DNA from: an uncultured Verrucomicrobiae bacterium
GTDB taxonomy: Bacteria; Verrucomicrobiota; Verrucomicrobiia; Chthoniobacterales; SZAS-18
Direction of reading: 5' to 3'
Length of the DNA: 64,000 nucleotides
Assembly (NCBI GenBank): GCA_963762725.1
Contig: CAVXLY010000005.1
Span: forward strand, 1,220,989-1,284,988
The translations under genes were made by a program, and so were the position numbers. This document shows positions 52,402-62,141 of the stretch, one piece after another; position 1 is the first letter of the stretch, and every line of letters begins with the position of its first letter. Below the pieces are notes generated by a model that saw nothing but the letters and a program-made list of their open reading frames with translations, was not told the origin of the DNA and searched no databases.

Positions 52402-52470
52402 AACGATTCACCAACCGCGTTCCTCTCCCCACCTCCTCCCCAACACAGACCCTCTCGCGACGACGATCCC

Positions 52471-52785
52471 ATGAACATCCAGAAAATGCTCAAGCAGGCC
52501 CAGAAGATGCAGGCCGACATGCAGAAAACGCAGGCCGGCCTGGCCGACCGCACCGTCACCGCCAGCGTTGGCGGCGGCAAAGTCACCGTCATCGCCAACG
52601 GCGCCGGGGAGGTGACTTCCATCAAGATCGCGAAAGAGATCGTCGATCCCGAAGACGTCGAATTTCTCGAAGATCTCGTGCTCACTGGCGTCAAGCAGGC
52701 CATCACCGAAGCCAAGCAGATGGCGGAGTCCGAAATGAGCAAGCTGACGTCTGGTCTCGGTCTGCCGCCGGGCATGGGATTCTGA
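52471..52785 (+). CDS. ybaB: YbaB/EbfC nucleoid-associated protein
   Basis: 104 aa. MLKQAQKMQADMQKTQAGL...ASVGGGKVTVIANGAGEV...EFLEDLVLTGVKQA. Classic position downstream of dnaX. Confidence 0.92.
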   Translation: MNIQKMLKQAQKMQADMQKTQAGLADRTVTASVGGGKVTVIANGAGEVTSIKIAKEIVDPEDVEFLEDLVLTGVKQAITEAKQMAESEMSKLTSGLGLPPGMGF

Positions 52786-52834
52786 TTCGCTCGCGGCCTG
52801 CGGGCGGCGGCGCCGGATGGGAAGAACGCGCGGC

Positions 52835-53482
52835 TTAATTCTCCGTAACGAACGTTGCCTTGAACATCTCGGTGTTCTCGCCGAGCGGACCGATCTCGCG
52901 GCCATCGGCGCGCAGCAGCCAATACCAGTCGTAGGAGCCGCCGCCGACGAAATATTTGTGCTGTTGCACGATGAGGTGGCCCCGGTATTCGCCGGTGCGG
53001 ATCACCTCCAATTCATTTCCTGGGCAGACATACGCGACCTTCCGCGTCACCACGTCCACCGAGTGGACCGCGCCGGATGTCGCCCAGGCGGCGCTGAGAA
53101 AATAAACCGTCCTGCCATCCGGCGAAAACTGCGGCGCGCTCAGACCGGCCAGGAGGGCTTTCGGATTCCCGTTCGGCGCGCTGCGCACCAGAAGCGCGGC
53201 ATTTTTACCATCCGTGCCGACCGTCCAGATCTGGTTGGCATCCGCCTCGCCCGCACCGCTCTCGAGCGGCTTGGCCGAGGTGGCGCGGACGAAGACCACG
53301 GTGCGCCGATCGGGCGAGAGATTCGGCTCCGAGTCTTTTCCGCCGGAAGTCAGAGCACGCTCCTGACCGCCAGGAGCAGTGAAAATCAGATCGCCGTCGC
53401 GCGTGGCAACGGTCTGCCCGCAGGCATCCCAAACCGTTCCAGCCCAGAAGGCAGCCAGAAGAAAAAAGCTCGCCGTTTTCAT
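52835..53482 (-). CDS. secreted PD40/TolB-like beta-propeller repeat protein
   Basis: ATG at 53482 (MKTASFFLLAAFWAGTVWDACG signal). PD40-like cores NLSPDRRTVVFV and QFSPDGRTVYFLS. Confidence 0.6.
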   Translation of the reverse strand: MKTASFFLLAAFWAGTVWDACGQTVATRDGDLIFTAPGGQERALTSGGKDSEPNLSPDRRTVVFVRATSAKPLESGAGEADANQIWTVGTDGKNAALLVRSAPNGNPKALLAGLSAPQFSPDGRTVYFLSAAWATSGAVHSVDVVTRKVAYVCPGNELEVIRTGEYRGHLIVQQHKYFVGGGSYDWYWLLRADGREIGPLGENTEMFKATFVTEN

Positions 53483-53575
53483 CGTTCCGCGCGGTCCCGG
53501 AGACGAAAACGCTGCCCGGGTGCGGGCAGCCAAAGCGTCCTGCTTCAGCCGCCCGCACCCGCCTGGCGTGGCCGC

Positions 53576-53710
53576 TTATCGGCCCAACATTTTGAGCACC
53601 ACGAAGACCAGGATGGCGAGCCCGAGGCCACCACCGAAGATGTAGGTGAGAAACGCCCAACCCGCTGCCGCCAGCATGGGAGCCATCGTTGCGAGGATCA
53701 TTAGAGTCAT
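53576..53710 (-). CDS. possible 44-aa hydrophobic peptide
   Basis: Only the C-terminal part of track ORF 53576..53836 looks protein-like (MTLMILATMAPMLAAAGWAFLTYIFGGGLGLAILVFVVLKMLGR, two TM segments). No clear RBS. Confidence 0.3.
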   Translation of the reverse strand: MTLMILATMAPMLAAAGWAFLTYIFGGGLGLAILVFVVLKMLGR

Positions 53711-53920
53711 AGGGATTTTGGAGTAAGAAGAGACCGCCCAAAATTCGGTTATGCCTCCTCCTTTGGCCTTATTCCCCACGCGGAAACGGCCGTCTCCACG
53801 GGCGGGCGCTCTGCCTCCTGTCCCACTTCCGGGCACGCTCGCGCCGGGGCGGGCTCAAGGCGCCCCGGCGGGTGTTTGCACCGGTGTCGGCGCGGAACTT
53901 CTGCGCCGCTCAGATCGAAA

Positions 53921-55977
53921 TCAGGCGAGACCCTTCGCGGCTTCCACGACGTGATCCGCGGTGATGCCGAGCTCCTTCATCACCTTGTCGCCGGGCGCCG
54001 AGATGCCGAAGCGATCGATGCCGATGATCGCGCCGTCGAGGCCGACATACGGCGCCCAGGTCGATGGCACCGTGGCTTCGATGGCGACGCGGCGGCGGCA
54101 GGATTTCGGGAGCACTTCCTCGCGGTAGCCGTCGGGCTGGCGGTCGAAGCGCTCGAAGCACGGCATGCTGACGACGCGCGTGCCGGCGCCGAGCGTTTCG
54201 GCGGCCTTCATGGCGTGCTGCAGCTCGCTGCCGGCCGAGAGCAGGATGAGATCGAGCTTGGCGGTTTCCTTTTTCGCGATGTAGCCGCCGCTGCAGCACG
54301 CCCTCGCGCCGCGTCCTGCGACCGGGATCTCGGTCAGCAGCGGCACGGCCTGGCGGGTAAGCGCGAGCAGCGTGGGGCCGTCGGTGCGCTCGAGCGCGGC
54401 GGCGAACGCGCCGGCCGTTTCCTCGGGATCGGCGGGGCGGATCACGTCGAGATTCGGGATGACGCGCAGGCCCGGGATGGTTTCGACCGGCTGGTGGGTC
54501 GGGCCGTCTTCGCCGACGCCGACGCTGTCGTGCGTGAAGATGTAGATCACCGGCAGGTGCGCTGAGCGCGGCGAGGCGGATGCGACGGGCGGCAGTAGTC
54601 GGCGAAGACCAGGAACGTCGCGCCGCTCGGGCGGAAGATGCCGTGCGCGGCGATGCCGTTCATGATGCGCGCACATGCCGTGCTCGCGGATGCCGAAGCG
54701 GATGTTGCGGCCGCTGCGGTGGCCGGGCTTGAAGTCGTCGTCGGCGTCTTCATATCGCCGATGTAGTTGAGCGTCGAGCCGTAGAGATCGGCGCTGCCGC
54801 CGATGAGGAGCGGCAGCATTTTCGCGAGCGGCTGGAGCACGTCTTGCGCCGGCCTTGCGGGTGGCGATCTTCGTGTCGGCCGGGAACTCGGGAATCGCGG
54901 CGAGCAGTTCGGCGAACTCCGGCGTCTTCGCCTTCGTGTCCTGCGGCAGCGTCTGGGCGAAGCGCGGGAGGCGCCGAGTTCCTCGGCCAGCTCGGGGTTG
55001 GCCGCTTTCCAGGCGTCGAACGTCTTCGTCCACTCGTCGTAGGCGGCGTCGAGCGTGCTTCGCGGTACTTCTCGAAAAACTCGGTGACCTCCGGCGCGAC
55101 GTAGAAGTGCTCGTCCGGCAGGCCGAGGTTCTTGCGCGCCGCGTCGGCGAACTTCGCGCCGCCCTCGCCGTGCGCCTTCTGCGTGCCGGCGACTTCCGGG
55201 ATGCCTTTGCCGATGAGCGTCTTGGCGATGATGAGCTGCGGCTTGCCGCTGCCGGCGGCCTTCGCGCGGTCGAACGCCGCGAGGAACGCCTCCATGTCGT
55301 GGCCGTCGACGGTCTGCACGTCGCAGCCGATCGCCTCGAAGCGCTTGGCGGCGTCCTCGCTCTGCGTCTCCTTCGCCATCGCGTCGAGCGTGACGGCGTT
55401 GGAGTCGTAGATGAGGATCAGGTTGTCGAGCTGCTGGTGGCCGGCGAACTCCACCGCCTCCATCGCCACGCCTTCCTGCATGCAGCCGTCGCCGGCGAGG
55501 CAGACGATGTGGTGATCGAAGATGGTGTGCTCCGGCGTGTTGAAGCGCGCCTCGGCCATCTTCGCCGAGACCGCCATGCCGACCGCGTTGGCCACGCCCT
55601 GGCCGAGCGGGCCGGTGGTCGTCTCGACGCCGCTCGGCGCGTGGGTCAATTCCGGGTGACCCGGCGTCTTCGAGCCGAGCTGGCGGAAGTTCTTCACCTC
55701 CTCGAGCGTCATGTCCGCGTAGCCGGAGAGGTGCAGCCAGGCGTAGAGGAACATCGAGCCGTGGCCGGCGGAGAGCACGAAGCGGTCGCGGTTCGAGCCA
55801 TTCCGGGTGCGTCGGGACAGTGGCGCAGCGCGTGGCCGAAGAGCACCGCGCCGATTTCCGCGCAGCCGAGCGGCAGGCCGAGGTGGCCGGAGCTCTGACA
55901 GCGTGGACGGCGTCCATGGCGAGGCCGCGCGCGGCGGTGGCGGCTTGGGCGAGAACGGCTTGGTTGGGCAGGCTCAT
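53921..55977 (-). pseudogene. tkt: transketolase (at least nine frame changes as sequenced)
   Basis: Conserved Tkt blocks are all present but spread over three frames (track ORFs 54547..55977, 54750..55778, 53921..55033 and the tail of 55709..56791). In order: MDAVHAV / [19 protein letters not shown] / [17 protein letters not shown]...[14 protein letters not shown]...[12 protein letters not shown] / [23 protein letters not shown] / TKIATRKAG / [12 protein letters not shown] / GRNIRFGIREHGM / IMNGIAAHGIFRPSGATFLVFADY / IRLAAL / PVIYIFTHDSVGVGEDGPTHQPVE... Confidence 0.9.
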
Positions 55978-56043
55978 GAGGAGGGGCGGTGAGAGGACGG
56001 GCGTCGGGTTGGCGGAAAGAATGAATGCCGACGGTCCTCGGGT

Positions 56044-56791
56044 CTATCGCAGTTGCTCCTGGCAGGCAAGACGATACGCGTGCCGGAGCTGGCGCAGGAG
56101 CGGGCCGGGCGCCGGCAGTTCGCGCTCCCGCCAGCGGCGCACCGGGCAAAGGCCGAGGAGGCTGTTCGTCAGAAAGATCTCGTCCGCCGCGTCGAGCGCC
56201 GCCGGCCGGGCAGCGCGGACGAGCCGCACCGGCAGCCGGCGCATTGGCGAGAACCCAGGCGCGGGTGACGCCGGCCCGGCAGCCGGCAGCGGTGTCCGGG
56301 GTGAAGAGGCGGCCGTCGCGAATCCAGAAAATATTCGTCATCGCGCCGCTGGCGACGTGGCCGCGCTCGTTGAGCAGCAGCGTCTCGCCGCGCGGATTTT
56401 CCCGGCGGGCCTGGGCGTGCGCGAGGTAGCTCAGCGTCTTGAAACGGGCGTCCCAGTTCGCGGAGCCGACCCGGACTGCCGAGAGCTGAAGCGTCAAGCC
56501 GCGCCCGGGGCGGGGCGGGGGCTCGGCGTGGAAAAGCTGCCGCGCGGGGCCATCCGCCGGGACGACCCAGCGCCAGCGGCCCTCCGCGCCGGCCGGCAGT
56601 GCGCGGGCAGCGCGGCGGAAATCGCTTTCGCAAGCGAGGCCCAGCGCGGCGCAACTTTCTTGGAGCGACTGCCAGTGCTCCTCGACAAACAGCGCCCGGC
56701 CGCGCGCGACGCAGAGCGTTTCAAACACGCCGAGCCACGGCCGGAACGGCTCCCCGGCCGCGAGAATTTCCAGCGGGGGCGGGGCGTTCAT
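56044..56791 (-). pseudogene. pabC: aminodeoxychorismate lyase / class IV aminotransferase fold (frame disrupted as sequenced near 56250)
   Basis: N-terminal 180 aa in track ORF 55709..56791 (…LLLNERGHVASGAMTNIFWIRDGRLFTPDTAAGCRAGVTRAWVLA). C-terminus in +1 (track ORF 56044..56244: LPVRLVRAARPAALDAADEIFLTNSLLGLCPV). Its ATG overlaps the pabB stop (ATGA). Length is 748 nt, which is 3n+1. Confidence 0.75.
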
Positions 56792-58146
56792 GAGGCGCCG
56801 ACGGGGACGGGAGTTTGCGCGTAGCGCGCCACGGCCGCGCGCAGGCCGGCGCCTTTGTGCATGGTTTCCTCAAACTCGCGCGCCGGCACGGAGCCCGCCG
56901 TGATGCCGGCGCCGACGTGGTAGTGCAGCTCGCCGCGCGCCGGTTCGTGAATGAGCGTGCGGATGGCGATGTTAAACGCCGCGCTGCCGTCAAAGCCGAA
57001 GACGCCGATCGCCCCGGTGTAAACGCCGCGCGGCCCGGGCTCCAGTTCCGCGATGATCTCCATCGCCCGCCGCTTCGGCGCCCCGGTGATCGAGCCGCCG
57101 GGAAAGCAGGCTGCCACGGCCTGGACCGGCGACACGTCGGCGCGCAGCCGGCCGGTGACGGTGGAAACGAGGTGCTGCACCTGCGCGAATTTTTCCAGCC
57201 GCAACAGTTCCGGCACCGCCACGCTGCCGAATTCGCAGACGCGGCCAAGGTCGTTCCGCTCCAGGTCGGTGATCATGAGCAGCTCGGCGCGCTCCTTCGG
57301 GTCGGCGAGGAGTTCATCCGCCAGCCGCTGGTCTTCCGCCGGATCGGCGCTGCGCGGACGCGTCCCTTTGATCGGGCGCGTGGTGATGCGCCGGTCGCGG
57401 TCGATGCGCAGAAACAATTCCGGCGAGGCCGAGAGAATCTGCCGCTCGCCGGTGTCGAGAAACGCCGCGCCCGGCGCCGGGCTGCAGGCGAGAAGCGATT
57501 CGAAAAGCGCGAGGCCGTTGCCGGAAAACCGGGCGGCGAAACGCTGGGCGAGATTGACCTGATAAATGTCGCCCGCCGCGATGTGCGCCTGGGCGGCGCG
57601 GACGGCTTCTTCAAAGCGCGACCGCGTCTGGTTCGCCGTCCACGGGCCGAGGCGCACGGGGCTTTCTGCGGCTGCGCGTCGCGCGCGCCAGAGCGGCGTC
57701 ATCCGCGCAGCCGGCCACAGGGTCAGGGTTGGAAAAATGCCAAACCAGAAAGCGCCTTCATAAGTGATGTAACCGACGGCTCCGCCACCTTCCGAAACGC
57801 GGCGGTGCCGGGTGAGCGTTTCCTCAAGACGGGCCCAATCGTCGCCCGCCTGGCCGGTCACGATGGCCACCGGCTCCCCCGCGGACTGCAGAATCCGACC
57901 GGGCGCGGTCCAGGAATTCAGCGAAACAAAAGGCACGGCAGTCGGGCCGGAAAAGGCAGGGAGAGGCGATGCATCCGCGAGGCAGCGCGTGCGCGCCGCG
58001 GGAACCGCCGGCGCCGCTGCCCGCATCGCCGCAAAACATGGCGGGCGATCCTCCGCGGCACAAGGAAAGTCGGCGGCCGGGGATCGCCGACCGGCCGACG
58101 GCAGCGAGCGGCCGCCGGCGAAGAACCCGGTTTTCAGGCGGGGCAT
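56788..58146 (-). CDS. pabB: aminodeoxychorismate synthase component I (chorismate-binding enzyme)
   Basis: Chorismate-utilising blocks GDIYQVNLAQRF, SASPELFLR, TRPIKGTRPR, MITDLERNDLGRV, FPGGSITGAPKRRAMEII, RGVYTGAIG. Coupled to pabC. The start is uncertain (ATG 58146 or ATG 58026). Confidence 0.85.
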   Translation of the reverse strand: MPRLKTGFFAGGRSLPSAGRRSPAADFPCAAEDRPPCFAAMRAAAPAVPAARTRCLADASPLPAFSGPTAVPFVSLNSWTAPGRILQSAGEPVAIVTGQAGDDWARLEETLTRHRRVSEGGGAVGYITYEGAFWFGIFPTLTLWPAARMTPLWRARRAAAESPVRLGPWTANQTRSRFEEAVRAAQAHIAAGDIYQVNLAQRFAARFSGNGLALFESLLACSPAPGAAFLDTGERQILSASPELFLRIDRDRRITTRPIKGTRPRSADPAEDQRLADELLADPKERAELLMITDLERNDLGRVCEFGSVAVPELLRLEKFAQVQHLVSTVTGRLRADVSPVQAVAACFPGGSITGAPKRRAMEIIAELEPGPRGVYTGAIGVFGFDGSAAFNIAIRTLIHEPARGELHYHVGAGITAGSVPAREFEETMHKGAGLRAAVARYAQTPVPVGAS

Positions 58147-58198
58147 TCAATGTTAGGGAGACGGCCCGCGCGTCCACCGCGCCGAGCCTGCACGCCCG

Positions 58199-59093
58199 AT
58201 GAACCCTCCAGCTTCCCATTCCCGCGTCCTCGGCATCGGCCTGCCGACCGGCAGCCTGCATGAGCCGACCCTGGCGCTCTTTGCGAAAGCCGGTTACCAG
58301 ATTTCCGGCGCCAGCCGCTCCTATAAGCCGAGGATCGACGATCCCGAGCTGCACGTGCGGCTGCTGCGGGCGCAGGAAATCTCCCGTTACGTCGAGCACG
58401 GCTTTCTGGACTGCGGGCTGACCGGGCGCGACTGGATCGCGGAGAACGCTTCCGACGTGGAAGTGCTTTGCGACCTGCCGTTTTCAAAGGTTTCCTCCGC
58501 GCCGACCCGCTGGGTGCTCGTGGTGCCGAACGATTCGCCGGTGCGCACGGTCGCCGATCTCGAAGGCAAGCGCATCGCCACGGAAGCCGTCGGCTTGACC
58601 CGGCAATTTCTGGCCAAGGAGGGCGTGCAGCGCGGAGGTCGAGTTTTCCTGGGGAGCCACGGAGGTCAAGGTGCCCGATCTCGTGGATGCCATCGTGGAC
58701 ATCACGGAAACCGGCAGTTCCCTGCGGGCGAACAACCTGCGCATCGTCGCCACGTTGCTGGAAAGCTATCCGCAGCTCATCGCGAACCGCGCGGCGTTTA
58801 CCGATCCCTGGAAAAAGGACAAAATGGCCCGGCTCCAGATCCTCCTTCAGGGCGCCCTGGCGGCCCGGGACAAGGTGGGGTTGAAAATGAACCTGCCGGA
58901 AAATCAGTTGCAAAAGCTCATCGCCACCCTACCGTCGCTCCGCGAGCCGACCGTCTCGCCGCTGGCTCACCCGGGGTGGATCGCGGTGGAGACGATCATC
59001 GATGAGAAAGTCGTCCGCGAGCTGATTCCCACGTTGAAGATGCTCGGCGCCGAAGGGATCATCGAATACCCGCTCAACAAAGTCGTTTACTAA
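58199..59093 (+). pseudogene. hisG: ATP phosphoribosyltransferase, long form (frame disrupted as sequenced near 58631-58636)
   Basis: LGIGLPTGSLHEPTLALFAKAGY, LRAQEISRYVEHGFLDCGLTGRDW. Continues in +1 (track ORF 58671..59093) as [35 protein letters not shown]...[10 protein letters not shown]. Length is 895 nt, which is 3n+1. Confidence 0.88.
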
Positions 59094-59168
59094 GCCACAC
59101 TCCGATCGTTAGAAAGACCGCCCGCGCCTGCCAGATTTGATCTCTTATTTGTTCGCGCGGAATTCCTT

Positions 59169-59273
59169 ATGGGTTCGTTAAAGAAAAGAAGAAAAGCCAA
59201 GATTTCCAAGCACAAACGCCGCAAGCGGATGAAGGAAAACCGCCATAAGAAGCGGTTGCGCTACAAGAGCTAG
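59169..59273 (+). CDS. 34-aa highly basic peptide, bS22 / AURKAIP1-COX24-like (not in supplied ORF track)
   Basis: ATG at 59169 to TAG at 59271-59273 encodes MGSLKKRRKAKISKHKRRKRMKENRHKKRLRYKS. Same length, MGS start and K/R pattern as the actinobacterial/bacteroidetal small ribosomal protein bS22 as I remember it (MGSVIKKRRKRM.KKKHRKLL...). The local sequence is AT-richer than its surroundings. The next gene starts 18 nt downstream. Confidence 0.65.
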   Translation: MGSLKKRRKAKISKHKRRKRMKENRHKKRLRYKS

Positions 59274-59291
59274 CGCAGTAGTTTCCAGCCC

Positions 59292-61337
59292 ATGCGCCTG
59301 CGCGAGCTGCTCAGCGCCGAGGAGGGCGGGGAAACAGGGATCGGCCGCGACGGAACGCGGAGGATTTCCCGAAGGCAGTGCTGGCTATTTTTCAGGCGCG
59401 CACTTGGTGCGCCGCGGGCGCCGTCGGTGCTGTTTGCGTGTTGCTGCTGCCTCGCGGCGGGCATTGGCACTGGCGTGCTCTCCGCAGCACCGGCGCAACC
59501 GCCAGCCGCAGCGATTAATACCGGTCGCGCGCCGGCTGGTGCGCCCAAATCCGTCTCGCCGGCGTCGCCTGCCGTCCCGACCCCGCCGCCGGCTGCAATG
59601 CCGGGGAGCGGGAGCCGGCCGGCGACTTCTGCTGCGACCCAGGCAGGCGCAGCCGCGTCCGCCGCTGAGCGCGCCGTCGTCTTCGACAGCGCGCCGCGTC
59701 CGGCGGCAAAAGATCTGCAACTCAGCCTGGATGGCGAACGCAAAGCCCAGGCGATGGCGCATTACGCCCACGGGCGGCTGCTCGAGGAAACCACCGGCAG
59801 CAACGACGCGATGCAGGCCTACCTGCGTGCGATTGCCCTGGATCCCTCAAACGCCGAGCTGGCGTTGAAGCTGGCGGGCGAGTATCTCCGCCGGGGCGAG
59901 ATTCCAGAGGCGATCGACCTCATTAAAGACGCGATCAAAGCCAGCCCCCGCCTGTCGCGACCGCACCTCGCGCTCGCGCACATTTATCTGCGTTTCCAGC
60001 GCAAGCCCGAGCAGGCGTTGAAATACGCCACCCAGGCGCTGGAACTCGATCCGCAGAACGCCGATCCCTACCAGTATCTGGCGGAAATTTACGTCACGCT
60101 CGACCAGCTGCCGAAAGCGCAGGCGCTGCTGGAACGCGCGGCGAAGCTGGAGGTGAATGACGCCTCCTTCTGGATGCAGCTGGCGAAGGTGCATCTCGCG
60201 CTCAATTTCAAGGACGAGAAGCCGAAGACGCCGGAGGACACGAAAAAAGCGGCGGTCTTTTTTCAAAAGGCGATGACCGCGGCGGGCAACAATCCCGGCA
60301 TCATCGAGCAGGTCGCCAATTTCTATCAGCTCACCGGCCAGATTCCGGAAGCCACGGCGCTTTTCGAACGCGTCCTTTGGCTCGATCCCACGAACACCGA
60401 TGCCGCGGACCGGCTCGCGCAGTGCTACCGGCTCGGTGGGCAGCGCGAGAAGGCGGCTGCGGCGATGGAGCGGATCATCAAGATCAATCCCACGCAGCAA
60501 AGCGCCTACGAGATCCTGGGCGAGCTCTACAAAGAGGATAAGCAATACGAAAAAGCGCTCGAGCAATATGAGCAGAGCCTGCGGCTGAACCCGAACAACC
60601 CGCTCGTTTACCAAGAGCTCACCAAGCTCCTGCTCAGCGGCCAGGTGCGCCGGCCGTTGCGCGCGGTGGAAATCCTCACGGAAGCCCGGCGGCGTTTCCC
60701 CGACATCCCGATTTTCGGCGAATGGCTCGGCCATTCCTTGAGCCAGGCGAAGCGGCATCAGGAGGCGATGACGGTCTTCGAGCAGACGCTCAACGAAGCG
60801 CGGCTCAATCAAGAAGAACTCCTGCGCAACGGACAGTTTTATTTTGATTACGGCGCGGCGGCCGAGGCGGCGGGTTTTCCGGAGAAAGCGGCCGAGCTTT
60901 TCCGCCAGACGCTGCAGGTGGCGAGCGATCCCGACTTGATCGCGGAAACCTGCAACTTCCTCGGCTACATGTGGATCGATCGGAATGAAAACCTCGTGGA
61001 AGCCGAGGCTCTCGTGCGTCGCGCGCTGGAGCTTCAGCCGGAAAACCCGGCCTTCCTCGACAGCATGGGCTGGTATTTCTACCGGGCCGGCAAATACGAC
61101 CGCGCGCTGGCTCAGCTGCTTCAAGCCGCCGCCGGGATGAAGCGCGATGACGCCACGGTTTTCGAACACATCGGCGATACCCATCTGAAACTCGACAACG
61201 CCGCGCAGGCGCTCGTCTATTGGTCCAAAGCGGTGTCAGTGGAAACCGCAACGGACGCCGAGAAAGAGCGCATCGCCAAGAAGATCAGCGACGCGAAAGC
61301 GCAGGTGGCGCAGCAGACGCAGAAGCCGCCGCCGTGA
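59292..61337 (+). CDS. TPR repeat protein, N-terminally anchored/secreted
   Basis: Hydrophobic segment SVLFACCCCLAAGIGTGVL, a Pro/Ala-rich linker, then more than 10 TPR units (e.g. AMQAYLRAIALDPSNAELALKLAGEYLRRGE, ALEQYEQSLRLNPNNPLVYQEL). 681 aa, intact. Confidence 0.8.
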   Translation: MRLRELLSAEEGGETGIGRDGTRRISRRQCWLFFRRALGAPRAPSVLFACCCCLAAGIGTGVLSAAPAQPPAAAINTGRAPAGAPKSVSPASPAVPTPPPAAMPGSGSRPATSAATQAGAAASAAERAVVFDSAPRPAAKDLQLSLDGERKAQAMAHYAHGRLLEETTGSNDAMQAYLRAIALDPSNAELALKLAGEYLRRGEIPEAIDLIKDAIKASPRLSRPHLALAHIYLRFQRKPEQALKYATQALELDPQNADPYQYLAEIYVTLDQLPKAQALLERAAKLEVNDASFWMQLAKVHLALNFKDEKPKTPEDTKKAAVFFQKAMTAAGNNPGIIEQVANFYQLTGQIPEATALFERVLWLDPTNTDAADRLAQCYRLGGQREKAAAAMERIIKINPTQQSAYEILGELYKEDKQYEKALEQYEQSLRLNPNNPLVYQELTKLLLSGQVRRPLRAVEILTEARRRFPDIPIFGEWLGHSLSQAKRHQEAMTVFEQTLNEARLNQEELLRNGQFYFDYGAAAEAAGFPEKAAELFRQTLQVASDPDLIAETCNFLGYMWIDRNENLVEAEALVRRALELQPENPAFLDSMGWYFYRAGKYDRALAQLLQAAAGMKRDDATVFEHIGDTHLKLDNAAQALVYWSKAVSVETATDAEKERIAKKISDAKAQVAQQTQKPPP

Positions 61338-61339
61338 GT

Positions 61340-61537
61340 GGCGGAAAATCCGGAATCCGAATTTCGAAGTCCGAAACAAACGGAGAGAAATTCGGGAAGG
61401 TCGGAAAACTCAGAGCGTCGAGAAAATGCCGACTGTCGGGAAACAGGACTACCTTTTGTTTCCCGTCATTTCAGAGATTTCTGATCTCTGATTCTGATTG
61501 TTTCGATATTCGGATTTCGGATTTCGGATTTTCCGCC
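61340..61537. repeat. ~200-bp palindromic element with cggattt heptamer repeats between convergent genes
   Basis: Left arm is ggcggaaaatccgGaatccgaa (61340-61361). The reverse complement of the right end 61516-61537 is ggcggaaaatccgAaatccgaa (1 mismatch in 22). The right arm carries cggattt x3 (61511-61531). An internal perfect 8-bp hairpin gggaaaca/tgtttccc lies at 61438-61464. Confidence 0.8.
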
Positions 61538-61547
61538 CGCTCGTTCG

Positions 61548-62087
61548 TCACAGCTGCATCTCATCCCGCGCCTGGATAAGCTTTCCGTAAAGCGGTTCCA
61601 GTCCCTGCGGAATCACGCGCGTGTTGCCGAGCACCGGCATGAAATTCGTGTCGCCAGCCCAGCGCGGCACGATGTGCAGATGAAGATGGTCGGGCACACC
61701 GGCTCCGGCGCAGGTGCCAAGATTCAGGCCGACGTTGAACCCTTGTGCGTGGACCGTGGCGCGCAAGAGTTTTTGGGCGGCTTCGGCCAGTGACCAGAGT
61801 TCCAGCTTTTCATTGTCCGCCAGGTCGGAAAGTTCCGGCACCTTGCGATACGGCACAGCCATGAGATGACCGTTCGAATACGGGTAGCGGTTCATCAGGA
61901 GAAACGCGCATTTGCGCCGGAGCACCACGAGATGCGCGGCGTCATCCGCCGATTGAGCCGCGGCGGTAAGAAAGTCGCCGCCCGCGCTGCCTTCGCCGGT
62001 GCGCGGCTGCTCGAAATATTCCACCCGCCAAGGCGCCCAGATGGCGCTCATCTGTTTGGGAAAATCGAATTCTTCCTCCATGGCCAT
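61548..62087 (-). CDS. HIT-family nucleotide hydrolase/phosphorylase
   Basis: Histidine triad VPDHLHLHIVPRW. LMNRYPYSNGHLMAVP upstream block. 179 aa. Confidence 0.85.
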   Translation of the reverse strand: MAMEEEFDFPKQMSAIWAPWRVEYFEQPRTGEGSAGGDFLTAAAQSADDAAHLVVLRRKCAFLLMNRYPYSNGHLMAVPYRKVPELSDLADNEKLELWSLAEAAQKLLRATVHAQGFNVGLNLGTCAGAGVPDHLHLHIVPRWAGDTNFMPVLGNTRVIPQGLEPLYGKLIQARDEMQL

Positions 62088-62141
62088 GGAACCACGCTAG
62101 TCGCAGAAACCGCTCCGAACCATCCGGAAAACATGCCGCCC

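Noticed and set aside
53711-53836. N-terminal 42 codons of track ORF 53576..53836
   Set aside because: The Gly/Arg-rich sequence looks non-coding. Only the downstream 44-aa hydrophobic part is plausible, and even that is low confidence.
61509-61537. Tandem cggattt repeats as a possible CRISPR or minisatellite
   Set aside because: There are only three 7-nt units, with no spacers and no cas genes. They form one arm of a palindromic element.
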